64,000 nucleotides of DNA from positions 124,001 through 188,000 of the forward strand of contig VRMN01000010.1 of NCBI GenBank assembly GCA_008690995.1, given 5' to 3'. Of the stretch, positions 34,021 through 44,115 are shown piece by piece. This DNA is from Porphyridium purpureum (Eukaryota). A model generated the notes under the pieces. The model was given only the letters and a program-made list of their open reading frames with translations. It was not told the DNA's origin and ran no database searches. A program made the translations under genes and the position numbers. Each line of letters begins with the position of its first letter. Positions within the stretch are counted from its first letter, which is position 1.

Positions 34021-37000
34021 ATGTCAGACGATGAGTGGGACTTCGAGAGGGCGTTACGCAGTGATGATGAGGAGGATGGCGGCGGCATCGGCGGTGGTGG
34101 TGATGATGCGCAGCCAGAGCCGCGGCGCGCGCATGCAGTAGCGCTTGAGACTGGTGCGGCGAGTGATGAGCGCTCGTGGCCGCAGCAAGGGCATGATGTT
34201 CTTGGCCGCGATATACTGTGTCGGCAGGACGTGTTCAGTGCTGAAGGAAGGCAGCCATGCTCACAGAAAGAAGCAGTGCGTGTGGATGGGGAGCGGGTGG
34301 GTGTGGGCAAGGCGGCAGCCGATGGTGAGCTTCAGCACTTGCGGCAGCATGAAAATGGTGCCCGGGAGGATGAGCAGGAAGCGGGCGCCGATTGGCTTGT
34401 CGAAAGCACGCCGCCGCTCGATGAAGCGGGCGCCGCGATGCTCATGGAGCGCTTTGTGCAAGCAGAAGAATTCGCAAGCTACAGTCTCGCGCTGTACTGC
34501 GCGCGCGACCGCGTGGCAGTGACAGGAGCCGCGATGGGAACATTGGCTGCCGCCCCAACCGTCACCGTGCGTGTCAGTGGGATGTATGACTTTTCAGCAC
34601 CACTCGCGGCGTACGTCGTCCAGCACCCAGATCAGGCAGTCGCGCAGTTGGAGCGCGTGTTTCTGCGCACGGGGTTCCGTGCAGATCCGCACGCGTTCGA
34701 GCACGACGACGCTGTGAAGATCCGGCTGTTTGATATTCCACACCGCTCAGCCATGCGCGACTCGCTGCCGCCTTCTGTGCGCTCGCTTCGCAAGGCGCAC
34801 GATGGCTCGCTGGTGCAGCTGACGGGCACTGTCGTGCGCGTAGGGGCCGTACGATCGCAAGAGCTGTGGCGCGAAATGAAGTGCATAAAGTGCGCACACA
34901 GATTCGTCCTGGAGGCCGACATGAGCCAACCAAAGCTCGACTTTAACCCGCCCAGGCGGTGTCCATCGGTGTATGATCGGCCGTGCACGGGTACGACCTT
35001 TCGCATGACCCGTTCTGGCACGGTGAACGACTACCAGATTATTCGGCTCCAGGACAAGCCGGACGCGGGCGCGCGCCCGCCGGCTCCGCTAATTGTGTCT
35101 CAGGTGGCCTCGGACAACGTTGGTGATCCGCACGACCAAACCCGCGTCGCAGCTGCGCCTGAGCAGGTGCCGGTTGGAGATCGACCAGCCGATACGACGC
35201 CGTGTAGCATTGCCGTTGTGCTCTGCGATGAGCTTGCGGACACGTTAAAGGCCGGCGACGACGCGGTGATCTGCGGCAAAGTATTTCATAGGTGGGTGCG
35301 CAACTTGGTGCCCAACTCGCGCGCGACCGCAGACTATGCGCTGCTTGCCTCGCATGTAGAGAACGCCAACGCGGCGAAAGACGCAACGTTTGGCGGTGCT
35401 TCAGACGGCCGACGGCTAGATCCGGCGTTGATTGACTCGTTCGAGTCGTTCTGGGGCTCCACGAGCAAGTGGAAAAATAAGCTCAAGCTGCGTGATATTA
35501 TTGTGCGCTCAGTGTGTCCGCAGCTGCACGGCATGTACCTCGTAAAGCTGATTGTGTTGCTCACGCTGATTGGGGGCTGCACAGATGCCGACGCGCTTGG
35601 CGCTGCGAATAAGCACGAAACAGCGGCTGCTGGCGCAAAGGTGGACGACACATCGACTCCTTCCCACCGTCACCACCAGCGCGTGCGTAGTATCAGCCAT
35701 TTGCTGATGGTGGGTGACGTCGGCACCGGCAAATCACAGTTGCTTCGCTTTGCGTCACGACTGAGCACGCGCGGCGTACTGACCACGGGCATTGGTTCTT
35801 CCGCAGCTGGGCTCACAGTGACAGCTTCGCGTGAAGCCGGCTCGAATGGTGAATGGGGCCTGGAGGCCGGCGCGCTGGTGCTCGCGGATGGCGGGCTGTG
35901 CTGCATCGACGAGTTTGACAGTATGAAAAGCTCTGAGCGTGCTGCCATGCACGAGGCGATGGAGCAGCAGACACTGTCGGTCGCCAAGGCCGGCATGGTA
36001 AGCACGCTGCAGTGCCGCACCACAGTTATTGCCGCCATCAATCCCCGCACTAGTGCCGCCCGTCTTGACTCACGCTCGTTTGGCGGTGGGGACCACCAAC
36101 AAATGCGCTCGCAATCGCTCCACGTCGGCATGGCGGCGCCGCTCATGAGCCGCTTTGACGTTGTGCTCGTCCTTCGCGACTTGAAAAACAAGCAGCGTGA
36201 CGAGCAGCTTTGCGAATTCATTCTAGACGGATTTGGTTTCGAAGAAGAGCGCGGGTCGCTACGTGCGGCTGCGTGCGCCGATGAGCTGCGCTGTGATGTC
36301 ACCGCGGACGGGCTTTACAAGGATGGCGATGAGCGCCTGTCCAAGGGAAACAGAAGGCCGGTCCACACGGATGACCAGCAGGTTGATGAGTACTTGTGGG
36401 GCATCGCCGACCTGCGCGCGTACTTGGCGTATGTGCGACGACGATTCCATCCACGTATCTCCAAGGCGGCGTCTACTGTGCTCCGTTACTACTACCAGGG
36501 CGAGCGACAGGCGCAAGGTCGCAACGCTGCACGCACCACGGTGCGTCTGCTGCAATCACTTATGCGTCTCACACAGGCACACGCGCGACTTATGTATCGC
36601 CAGGTCGCCGTTGTGCAGGACGCCATGTTTGCCATCATGGCCGTCGAGGCGTCGCTGAACAGCTCGAATCAGTTTTTACGTGACCCAGATTGTTTGCTGG
36701 CTGACTTTCCGAGCCATGCTTTCAAGCAGTACAAGTCATTTGCGCAGACGGTGCTGGTTGCCACTGGTCTCGAAGGCCGCGTGCCGCTTGATGAGACCGA
36801 AGAGGATGTGTTGGAAAGCCGCGACACGGACGAGGAAGCGACAGCTTTACCGCTCGAACTAGACAGAGACGACGACTTGGAAGACGAGCCTTCCGCAAGC
36901 GCACGGCCGAGCTCGTCCGCGGGTTCGCACGAGCTAGGACACAATGCGGCCGGAACCGACCTCGGCAGCGACAACGTAGATCAGCCGGAAATGGAAAGAA

Positions 37001-37371
37001 GCCTCTCGAACTCGTCGCGCGGCAGAAAGTCGGAGAAAAATCCAGCGTGTGCGAGCGACTCAGGTGCGAGCGTGGACGCCAGCGAGCTCGCACTGTCACT
37101 GAGAAAGAAGAGGCGCTTACGAGCGGGAAATGGCGAACCAGCTTTACATCCCATTAGCGAAGAATGCGTTAGCGGTGATGAAGACGGGCAAGGTCATGCT
37201 AGTGGTGCAAAGAACGAGCGCATGGAGCAGGCGCTGATGCCACAAAGGTCTCGAAGTCCGACGGAACCAGCCAATCGTGCTCCGGCTTCAGCTGTTTTAG
37301 ATGCCGCTGGGCCGGTGGCAACGCTCACATTGCCGCCCGATGACGACGAGCTGTTTGAAATTTCAGACTAG
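34021..37371 (+). CDS. MCM9: DNA helicase MCM9
   Basis: Zn finger CIKC...C...C; Walker A GDVGTGKS; VLTTGIGSSAAGLTV; LEAGALVLADGGLCCIDEFD; SRFD; RNAARTTVRLL. First ATG at 34021. Confidence 0.9.
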   Translation: MSDDEWDFERALRSDDEEDGGGIGGGGDDAQPEPRRAHAVALETGAASDERSWPQQGHDVLGRDILCRQDVFSAEGRQPCSQKEAVRVDGERVGVGKAAADGELQHLRQHENGAREDEQEAGADWLVESTPPLDEAGAAMLMERFVQAEEFASYSLALYCARDRVAVTGAAMGTLAAAPTVTVRVSGMYDFSAPLAAYVVQHPDQAVAQLERVFLRTGFRADPHAFEHDDAVKIRLFDIPHRSAMRDSLPPSVRSLRKAHDGSLVQLTGTVVRVGAVRSQELWREMKCIKCAHRFVLEADMSQPKLDFNPPRRCPSVYDRPCTGTTFRMTRSGTVNDYQIIRLQDKPDAGARPPAPLIVSQVASDNVGDPHDQTRVAAAPEQVPVGDRPADTTPCSIAVVLCDELADTLKAGDDAVICGKVFHRWVRNLVPNSRATADYALLASHVENANAAKDATFGGASDGRRLDPALIDSFESFWGSTSKWKNKLKLRDIIVRSVCPQLHGMYLVKLIVLLTLIGGCTDADALGAANKHETAAAGAKVDDTSTPSHRHHQRVRSISHLLMVGDVGTGKSQLLRFASRLSTRGVLTTGIGSSAAGLTVTASREAGSNGEWGLEAGALVLADGGLCCIDEFDSMKSSERAAMHEAMEQQTLSVAKAGMVSTLQCRTTVIAAINPRTSAARLDSRSFGGGDHQQMRSQSLHVGMAAPLMSRFDVVLVLRDLKNKQRDEQLCEFILDGFGFEEERGSLRAAACADELRCDVTADGLYKDGDERLSKGNRRPVHTDDQQVDEYLWGIADLRAYLAYVRRRFHPRISKAASTVLRYYYQGERQAQGRNAARTTVRLLQSLMRLTQAHARLMYRQVAVVQDAMFAIMAVEASLNSSNQFLRDPDCLLADFPSHAFKQYKSFAQTVLVATGLEGRVPLDETEEDVLESRDTDEEATALPLELDRDDDLEDEPSASARPSSSAGSHELGHNAAGTDLGSDNVDQPEMERSLSNSSRGRKSEKNPACASDSGASVDASELALSLRKKRRLRAGNGEPALHPISEECVSGDEDGQGHASGAKNERMEQALMPQRSRSPTEPANRAPASAVLDAAGPVATLTLPPDDDELFEISD

Positions 37372-38699
37372 ACATGGAAAGCTGTGCGCGTCGCTGAGGC
37401 GCGACGTTGTTGAATCTTGTTTCTGGATAAATGTCTCCCAGCGTCGACGCTCGATTCTGCTGAGAGTCTGGGTCGCATCGTATCTTGCACGCCAGCGAAG
37501 TGCGCGGCAGACGGACCGTCACATCAAGGGCCGAGCGAGGGAGAGTTGTTCTGGACGAGTTTGGCTTGACCTTGCTGTCCACGGTGCGTAACCCAAAACA
37601 GGAAACCTCCCATCGAGCAGCGCGCTGCCAGACAACCCAGGCTCGCGCACATACGTGGCTGCAACCTGCCTGCTTCTTCACGGACACATCCACTAGTAAG
37701 CAGCACTGACGCTTCAGGCAGAACCGCACCAGCTAACTGCTCCGTACTGGTCTCTCGCAGAGCATTAATAACCCACGGTCATTCCTCGTTCGCGCACCTA
37801 TCCATTGTCTGGGGGATGCGACGTGAAGCAGTGCGACACGCAAGGCCTTGCCGCGCCACACGCAGCAGGGGGTTGATCGCAATATTCAAAGTTCGGCGGC
37901 GTGCCTAGCGCGACGATGCAGTCCGGAGATGAGTTAAGCCTCCCATTGAGGAAAGGACGGAAAGAAATATAAAAAAAAACCAAAAGAATAATTCCGCTGT
38001 CCTGGAGTCTACCGCACTACCATTGTGCTACGGGGCCCATGCATTCGCATGACCCCGGTAGGAAATTCTTAAAGGCCTCGTCACATGATCAGCGAATCGA
38101 ACCCACAACCATCAGATTACATAACAGCGTGGTTGGGAGGGGGAAAATTACAATATATATAGAGTAATACGTGTAAGGTGGCTTCAGGTTGGCGGGTGTG
38201 CGGAGGCGAAGCGTTTACGGCGTGTGCGTGCAAGGCCGGAACTTGATAGAGAGATGGATAAGTGTGCGACGCAATGGCGCCGCAGGAATAGCGGCGTGTT
38301 GTCTTGTGGTTTGCTTGGATGAGGGTGAAAGCTGACTGGATGATTGGGCCATAGCTTGCAAGGCCGCGGCTGTTTGATCGTAGCCACGTGCGGGTTCCGG
38401 TTTTGAGTTCATGTGAGGTGGCTCATTGCGGTACGCTCAGGATCGAGTGAAGTTATGTCTCGCGTCGAAAGTGTTTCGCCTTCACAGCAGGCATTCAAAG
38501 CTCACCCGGCGAGCAAATGCCTCAGGGCACTGGCTCTGTTGGGTCATGCCCTACCGGCAATCCTTTTCACATTTCTGGCTGTCGTTCAGCGTCTACTGCA
38601 TACGTAGGAGGATTAGTTTCCGCGTGCAAATGACCCCACGGACGCCACATTTTGCGTGATCACAGGGCTGGATTGGCTTTGCGCGACTTTGCGATCCAA

Positions 38700-39480
38700 C
38701 TCGACAGTCGCGCGCCCATCCACGTACGAACCACCCCCTTCCAAGTTTACATTCTGTACCGAAAGCGTGTTGCGAGTCGGTGTCTCCCTGCTTCTCGGCT
38801 TTCTCGTACCACTTGAATGCCGCAATTTCTTTTTTGCCTGGACTTGCCGGTCCGATATTATCAGAAAAATGCCCACGTGACTCTGAGCACCAGCATGACC
38901 GAATTCTGCCGGTCGACGATTCTATATCAATGCTTTCCCATTTCGTATACGTCCCCAGCATTCTGTTTCGACAAATTCAAACCATCCCTCCCCACTACAG
39001 AGCGCTTGTTTGGCCACGGCTTCAAGATACCGAGCCTCGGCGTCTCGCCATCGAGCCTCTGCAGCTCTTGCCTCGCAAAGTGCAGACCTTTATCAATCAT
39101 GCGCAACCGGACGCCAACATTCTTCAAAAAGTGAAGAAGCGCAATGCGCCGGCGTACTCCCCAAATTCAGCGTCGCGTCAAGCAGAGGTCTTCGCCGCCG
39201 GAAAACCTTCGCGCTTCTAGCACGGATTGATCATCTGTCCCCCGAGCCGTCATAAACGTTGACGCGATCGTTCTGCCCTGTTTGGCAGCGTTTGTACACC
39301 AGTGCTTGACCAAAGGTCGGTCCACGAGTGGTGGTGGCGGCCCAACTCCGCTACGGCCTTTCGGTTGTCCCGGAGCTGCAGCCGCGCACAATCCCAGCCT
39401 AAAGCGCAGCCCAAATGGATGAATATCCCATGCAATCCGTTCAGAAAGATCTTGTCCGGTCGAAACTCGCACTCAGCGCA
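38700..39480 (-). pseudogene. Degraded Sel1-like-repeat gene remnant
   Basis: Fragments in different frames: AAFKWYEKAEKQGDTDSQHAFG, NAGDVYEMG, WCTNAAKQG. Confidence 0.45.
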
Positions 39481-40092
39481 GCCTTGCCTCGGCACCTACT
39501 TTCACAACCGCCCACACACACACACTCCACGAACGCCATCCTTTCCCTTTGCTGCGCGGCACTCATCACTTGACCAACACCCAGTACCGTGGCAGTTTCA
39601 GCGCGCATCATTTCGCGAGCCCACGGCACCTGTGTTCTGTCATATGCAGAACAAATCACCGCGCCGACAGATTGCGCTGCATGCTGCTGCCCACCATCAC
39701 CGCCACATGCCAAAACCTACCCCCTCAACCGCCACCCCGCAACCCTTCAATTCTCAAACCCTAAATTACCCTAATCTCCACCACACGCTTTTCTGCCCTC
39801 TATATGTAAACCGGCTCGTTTACATAGGAAACTGTAAAAGTACAGTGAAACATAGTAGAAGTACAGTGTAAATATGCGCGTTTGAAGATGGTTTACATAT
39901 AGGCCATTGGCTCGGTAAAGCGTGCGAGTTTGATAAGAGGTAACGATGGGGGTACAGTGAAGATGATGAGTCGTGGAAGTACACTTGTCACTGTACTTGT
40001 GTTCTGTAAGGCGGGTGTACCGCGGTGTGACGCGGTTATTGAGATGCACGGATTGGTGGGTGGCGACGCCAAGCGAGAACGCGCCGCGCGCC

Positions 40093-41871
40093 ATGTCCGG
40101 TATCAAGGCTTGCTTCTCGCCGGACGCGCAGCGCGCGCACGTCAATGTGCGGCACCAGCAGCGCCGCATCCGCGCCTGCGTGCAGCGCCTCGCGCATGAA
40201 ACTCAGCAACTGCACGACCTCCACGCGCAGCTGGAGGCGCTGCAGCTGCGCTTGCAGGACGCGTGCGCCGCGTCAGACGGCGCGGATGAGCACCACTCTC
40301 GGTTTAACTCGGATGCAAGCACCGCTAGGGAAGAGAGGCAAAGTATGCTCCTGCATGAGCACAAAGCACTGCTGCAAAAGGCCGAGCGCACAAAAGTGGC
40401 GCTCGAGGCGTGGAGCGCAGCCGAGCGCGAGCACGACGCGCTCACTGCGGACGAGCTAGATGCTCTGGATGAAGCTGAAAAGGTGGCTCGCATGCGACCT
40501 ATTCTTGAAAGCGAGGCGCGAGCCAGGGCGCGTTCGTGCCGCGGTTGGACCGATTTCCGCAACAAACACCCGTGGATGAAGAGTCTTTGGTACACGCTAG
40601 AGTTCCCTGGATACTCAACTCTTGCGCTCATCTGGGCCATATTTATGATGCTGCTCATCTTGTTGTACGTCGTGCTGCTCGTGCTTGACTCATTTGTGAG
40701 CATCGGTGAAAAGAGCCAGTGGATACAGACCTTTTTTGTATTTGAGGCCGTGATCACGGCGTTTTTCCTGGGCGAGTTCTTGCTGCGAATTAGCACGTGC
40801 CCTAGTCATGTCACTTTCGCGCTTTCATTCCTCAACTGGATCGATCTGATTTCGATTCTGCCGTTCTTCATTGGTCTCGGCGTTGTGGCGTCGTCAGGCG
40901 TTTCATCGCTCGTCGCGCTGCGCCTTCTCAAGTTTCTGCGGCTCATCCGCGTGCTGCGTATCTTCAAAACATCGTCGACCATGCAGACGCTGCTGGACGC
41001 CGTTATCGAAGCTCGCTTTGGCGTCATCTTCCTGGTTGTGCTTCTTGTTGCCGAAACAATCTTTTTTGGCACCTTGATCTTTTACGCCGAGACGAGTAGC
41101 TGTGAGCTTATCGACGACCAGTACGTTTACAAATCTTCGGCGCTACCTGGTGAGGTGGGCTCGGTATCTGTATTCCAGAATATTCCGGACGGTATGTGGT
41201 GGACTATTGTCACGCTCACCACTGTTGGGTACGGAGATACATTTCCGGTGACTTGGGCCGGGCGCGCCGTTGGTGCAGTCACCATGGTTGTGTCACTGCT
41301 GTCCATAGCGTTTCCCGTGACGCTGATTGGCGTCGGCTTTAGCCGCGTTACCGAACGTCTAATTCTTCAAAAGGGGACCAAAGCTGCCGGAAAGGCGAAT
41401 GACGACGACGCGGGAGGCTCTCACAGCAAAATCATGTCGCCAATTGACCAAGGTGTTCCTCTTGCACATTCTACAAGCGTAGTTGCGGCGCTCAGCTCCA
41501 AAGTCCGTCGCGGCAAAGTCAGCGGTCCCCGGAGCATCCCGAAACGCCCTGCCCAGAGCGCTTCCCGCGAGGGAGATTCTTTGGTGACAGGGCAAGCAGC
41601 AGAGAGCGGCACGGAGCTTTCTGAAGCGCTAGAGCGCGATAATGGAATCACCTTTTCCGAGCATGAGGAGAAGCGAACAGATCACGATGTCAGTGTTGGA
41701 TCGAGTCCAAGAAGAATAGTTAAGACGCACGAGCTGAACCCCAATCTGTCACGTATCATAGCCGAGCTGGAGACTCTCAAGGCACAGCTGGACCGTGAGA
41801 GTCTGAAAGAGTCAAACGCAAGCCGAGCAGCGCATCGCAATGGCGAAAGTTACGCCATGAGCGACGGGTGA
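40093..41871 (+). CDS. Six-TM voltage-gated potassium channel (Kv-type)
   Basis: S4 LRLLKFLRLIRVLRIFK; pore WWTIVTLTTVGYGD; N-terminal coiled coil; first ATG at 40093. Confidence 0.92.
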   Translation: MSGIKACFSPDAQRAHVNVRHQQRRIRACVQRLAHETQQLHDLHAQLEALQLRLQDACAASDGADEHHSRFNSDASTAREERQSMLLHEHKALLQKAERTKVALEAWSAAEREHDALTADELDALDEAEKVARMRPILESEARARARSCRGWTDFRNKHPWMKSLWYTLEFPGYSTLALIWAIFMMLLILLYVVLLVLDSFVSIGEKSQWIQTFFVFEAVITAFFLGEFLLRISTCPSHVTFALSFLNWIDLISILPFFIGLGVVASSGVSSLVALRLLKFLRLIRVLRIFKTSSTMQTLLDAVIEARFGVIFLVVLLVAETIFFGTLIFYAETSSCELIDDQYVYKSSALPGEVGSVSVFQNIPDGMWWTIVTLTTVGYGDTFPVTWAGRAVGAVTMVVSLLSIAFPVTLIGVGFSRVTERLILQKGTKAAGKANDDDAGGSHSKIMSPIDQGVPLAHSTSVVAALSSKVRRGKVSGPRSIPKRPAQSASREGDSLVTGQAAESGTELSEALERDNGITFSEHEEKRTDHDVSVGSSPRRIVKTHELNPNLSRIIAELETLKAQLDRESLKESNASRAAHRNGESYAMSDG

Positions 41872-41936
41872 CAAACCAAAGCCTTGAATTTATTTACTCG
41901 CCTTCTATCGAGCACTTGCTTATCAGTACATTTTTC

Positions 41937-42515
41937 TCAAGAGAGCTCTACAGACGCGGAGGTCGCGTCAGGTGCAGATGTTCCCTCAGCTCCATGTCCA
42001 TCAGCGGCATCCAAGGAGCTTACTTGGTGCACGTACTCGCTGAGCGTGGAGCTAAAAGTGTTGAGCAGCCTGCGTTTGCCTGAGACCTGAGCATCCTTCT
42101 CCGCCAGGTTCTCCAGCAGCTGGCGGGCACATGCGTACGGGTTGCGTCCCTGGTCCACTCCCAACACAATGTCGACAGGAACTTGCATGTGAGTTTCCTG
42201 TTCGAGGCGTTCCGCGCACTGCATGACCTCGGCAAGTTCCTGCACGAGCTGCACAATGAGCGCGCGCAGCGCGCTATTCTGTTCCTGCGCCGTGAAGATA
42301 CACGCCGTCTCAGCAATCGCTCCCAGCGTGTTTACCGTCTTAACGAGCGCGCGCTCCAATGCAACTGCCGACGCCGGCGTACCCGCGCGCGCGCGCTCAA
42401 GCAATTGTGCGGCATCCTCCACTAGAGCATTCACTTCTTCCACTTGTGAAAAGTCAATGTCATCGTCCTCGCCATCCTTCGCGGCGACCATGGACACCAC
42501 CTCGTGCGTCTCCAT
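41937..42515 (-). CDS. MED10: Mediator subunit Med10/Nut2
   Basis: VPVDIVLGVDQGRNP...KDAQVSGK motif. Confidence 0.78.
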   Translation of the reverse strand: METHEVVSMVAAKDGEDDDIDFSQVEEVNALVEDAAQLLERARAGTPASAVALERALVKTVNTLGAIAETACIFTAQEQNSALRALIVQLVQELAEVMQCAERLEQETHMQVPVDIVLGVDQGRNPYACARQLLENLAEKDAQVSGKRRLLNTFSSTLSEYVHQVSSLDAADGHGAEGTSAPDATSASVELS

Positions 42516-42855
42516 CTTCACGCTGAGTTTGTGTCCGATGGAAAGGACCAAGCCAACGGGTTCGGCCTGATGTGAGGAAAGAATAGAATATAGTCACCTC
42601 CCCAGCGTAGCCACGCGATGGACCCTCATGCAGTGGCTCCAGGTGCGCGTCCCACGTTGCTCTTGGCGATGCTTATGAGCTCTTTTTCACGCTATCCACT
42701 CCCTGCGTCTCTTCCACCTTCACTTCGTAGAGCTTCGCGATAATAGAAGCTCAAGTCAACCGACGCAGTCTCCTGCTTGGCATTCACGTTGCGCGGCGTG
42801 CCTTGGACGAGTGAGCCATTCAAGTTGGCTCATTGCTCCGCTTGTCGAGTAGCTC

Positions 42856-44037
42856 ATGGAACGTGTGGTAGTGTGCGTGACTGGCGCGACCGGCTTTGTC
42901 GGCGGCCACATTGCGGTCGAGCTGCTCAAGAGCGCACCGTTTCATTGGGTGGTACGCGCGTGCGTTCGATGCTCCGCAGACGACGCGAAACTGTCGTTCT
43001 TGCGCGCCGCCGAGCAAGAGCGTGAGCAGAAGGAGGGGCGTGCGGCAGCCTGCGCGAGGCTCGAGATCGCTCGCTTCGACATTGATGACGACAACAATGA
43101 GCAACAAGACCGCGATGCATTCCGCGACGCAGCGATCGTGGTGCACGCGGCGGCCAAGGTGGCGTTCGAGAGCTCGCAGGCCGACACCGAGATCGTGCAA
43201 CCCAGTTTGCGCGGCACGCAGCGCGTGTTGATGCATCTGGACCGGAGCACCACCCGGCTGCTGCTGTTTCTGTCCTCCATCGCCGCAGTGCGTTCATTTG
43301 ACCAGCCCGACACGCACGTCTTCACCGAGGCCGACTGGAACTCGTGGAGTACGCTCGCCAACGGCGACGCGTACGGCTACGCCAAGACGGCCGCAGAGCG
43401 TATGGTGCGTGACTTTGCACAAGCCGAGCTTCAAAAGCAGCAGCAGCATCGAGGGCACGTACCGCTTCAAGTGGTTAGCGTGAACCCAGGCGTGTGCTTG
43501 GGTCCGGCACTCGCCAAGGCTCACACAAAGGCATCACCGCTGATTGTGCGGCAAATGCTTTTCGCCAACAGTCTTGTTGCGGACCAGCAGCTCGCGGTTG
43601 TGGATGCGCGCGATGTGGCCCGATTTGTTCGCATGGTCGCTGAACGTGCCCTTGCAGGCCCGAGTGCTACCTACGTTGACTACCAGCGGTTTGTTCTCGT
43701 GTGCGACAACTTGTTGCTGTCCGAGCTCGCTGCTCTGCTGCACAATTGCGCCGACCTGGCGCAATACGACGTGCGAGCTGTTTTCGACCATCCTTTCAAG
43801 CTGTGGTGCAAGAGCTGGCTAATGTCGCCCTTCTGGCGCGAGAGCTTTGCGCGGCGCTGCGTGCTGGACGGCTCGCACGCGGTGAGCGAATTCCGGCAAG
43901 CTGAGAGCGCTTCCGGGGTGGAAGTCGATACGGGTTTTTCCTACACGGATATTCGCGACTCGCTGCGCGATACCGCACTCACAATGATCCGCGAGTTTGG
44001 TATCACGCCTAGAGCGAAAGCAACGGCTGCGTCTTGA
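42856..44037 (+). CDS. NAD(P)-dependent epimerase/dehydratase, DFR/CCR-like extended SDR
   Basis: VTGATGFVG, SSIAA, YGYAK, NPG, VDARDVA. Confidence 0.92.
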   Translation: MERVVVCVTGATGFVGGHIAVELLKSAPFHWVVRACVRCSADDAKLSFLRAAEQEREQKEGRAAACARLEIARFDIDDDNNEQQDRDAFRDAAIVVHAAAKVAFESSQADTEIVQPSLRGTQRVLMHLDRSTTRLLLFLSSIAAVRSFDQPDTHVFTEADWNSWSTLANGDAYGYAKTAAERMVRDFAQAELQKQQQHRGHVPLQVVSVNPGVCLGPALAKAHTKASPLIVRQMLFANSLVADQQLAVVDARDVARFVRMVAERALAGPSATYVDYQRFVLVCDNLLLSELAALLHNCADLAQYDVRAVFDHPFKLWCKSWLMSPFWRESFARRCVLDGSHAVSEFRQAESASGVEVDTGFSYTDIRDSLRDTALTMIREFGITPRAKATAAS

Positions 44038-44115
44038 AGAACATGTTATGTTGTGTTATTTTAGCATTTAGGAAGCCAGGTATAGTATGCGCCTCTTCTC
44101 ATGTTTCTTTTGTTT

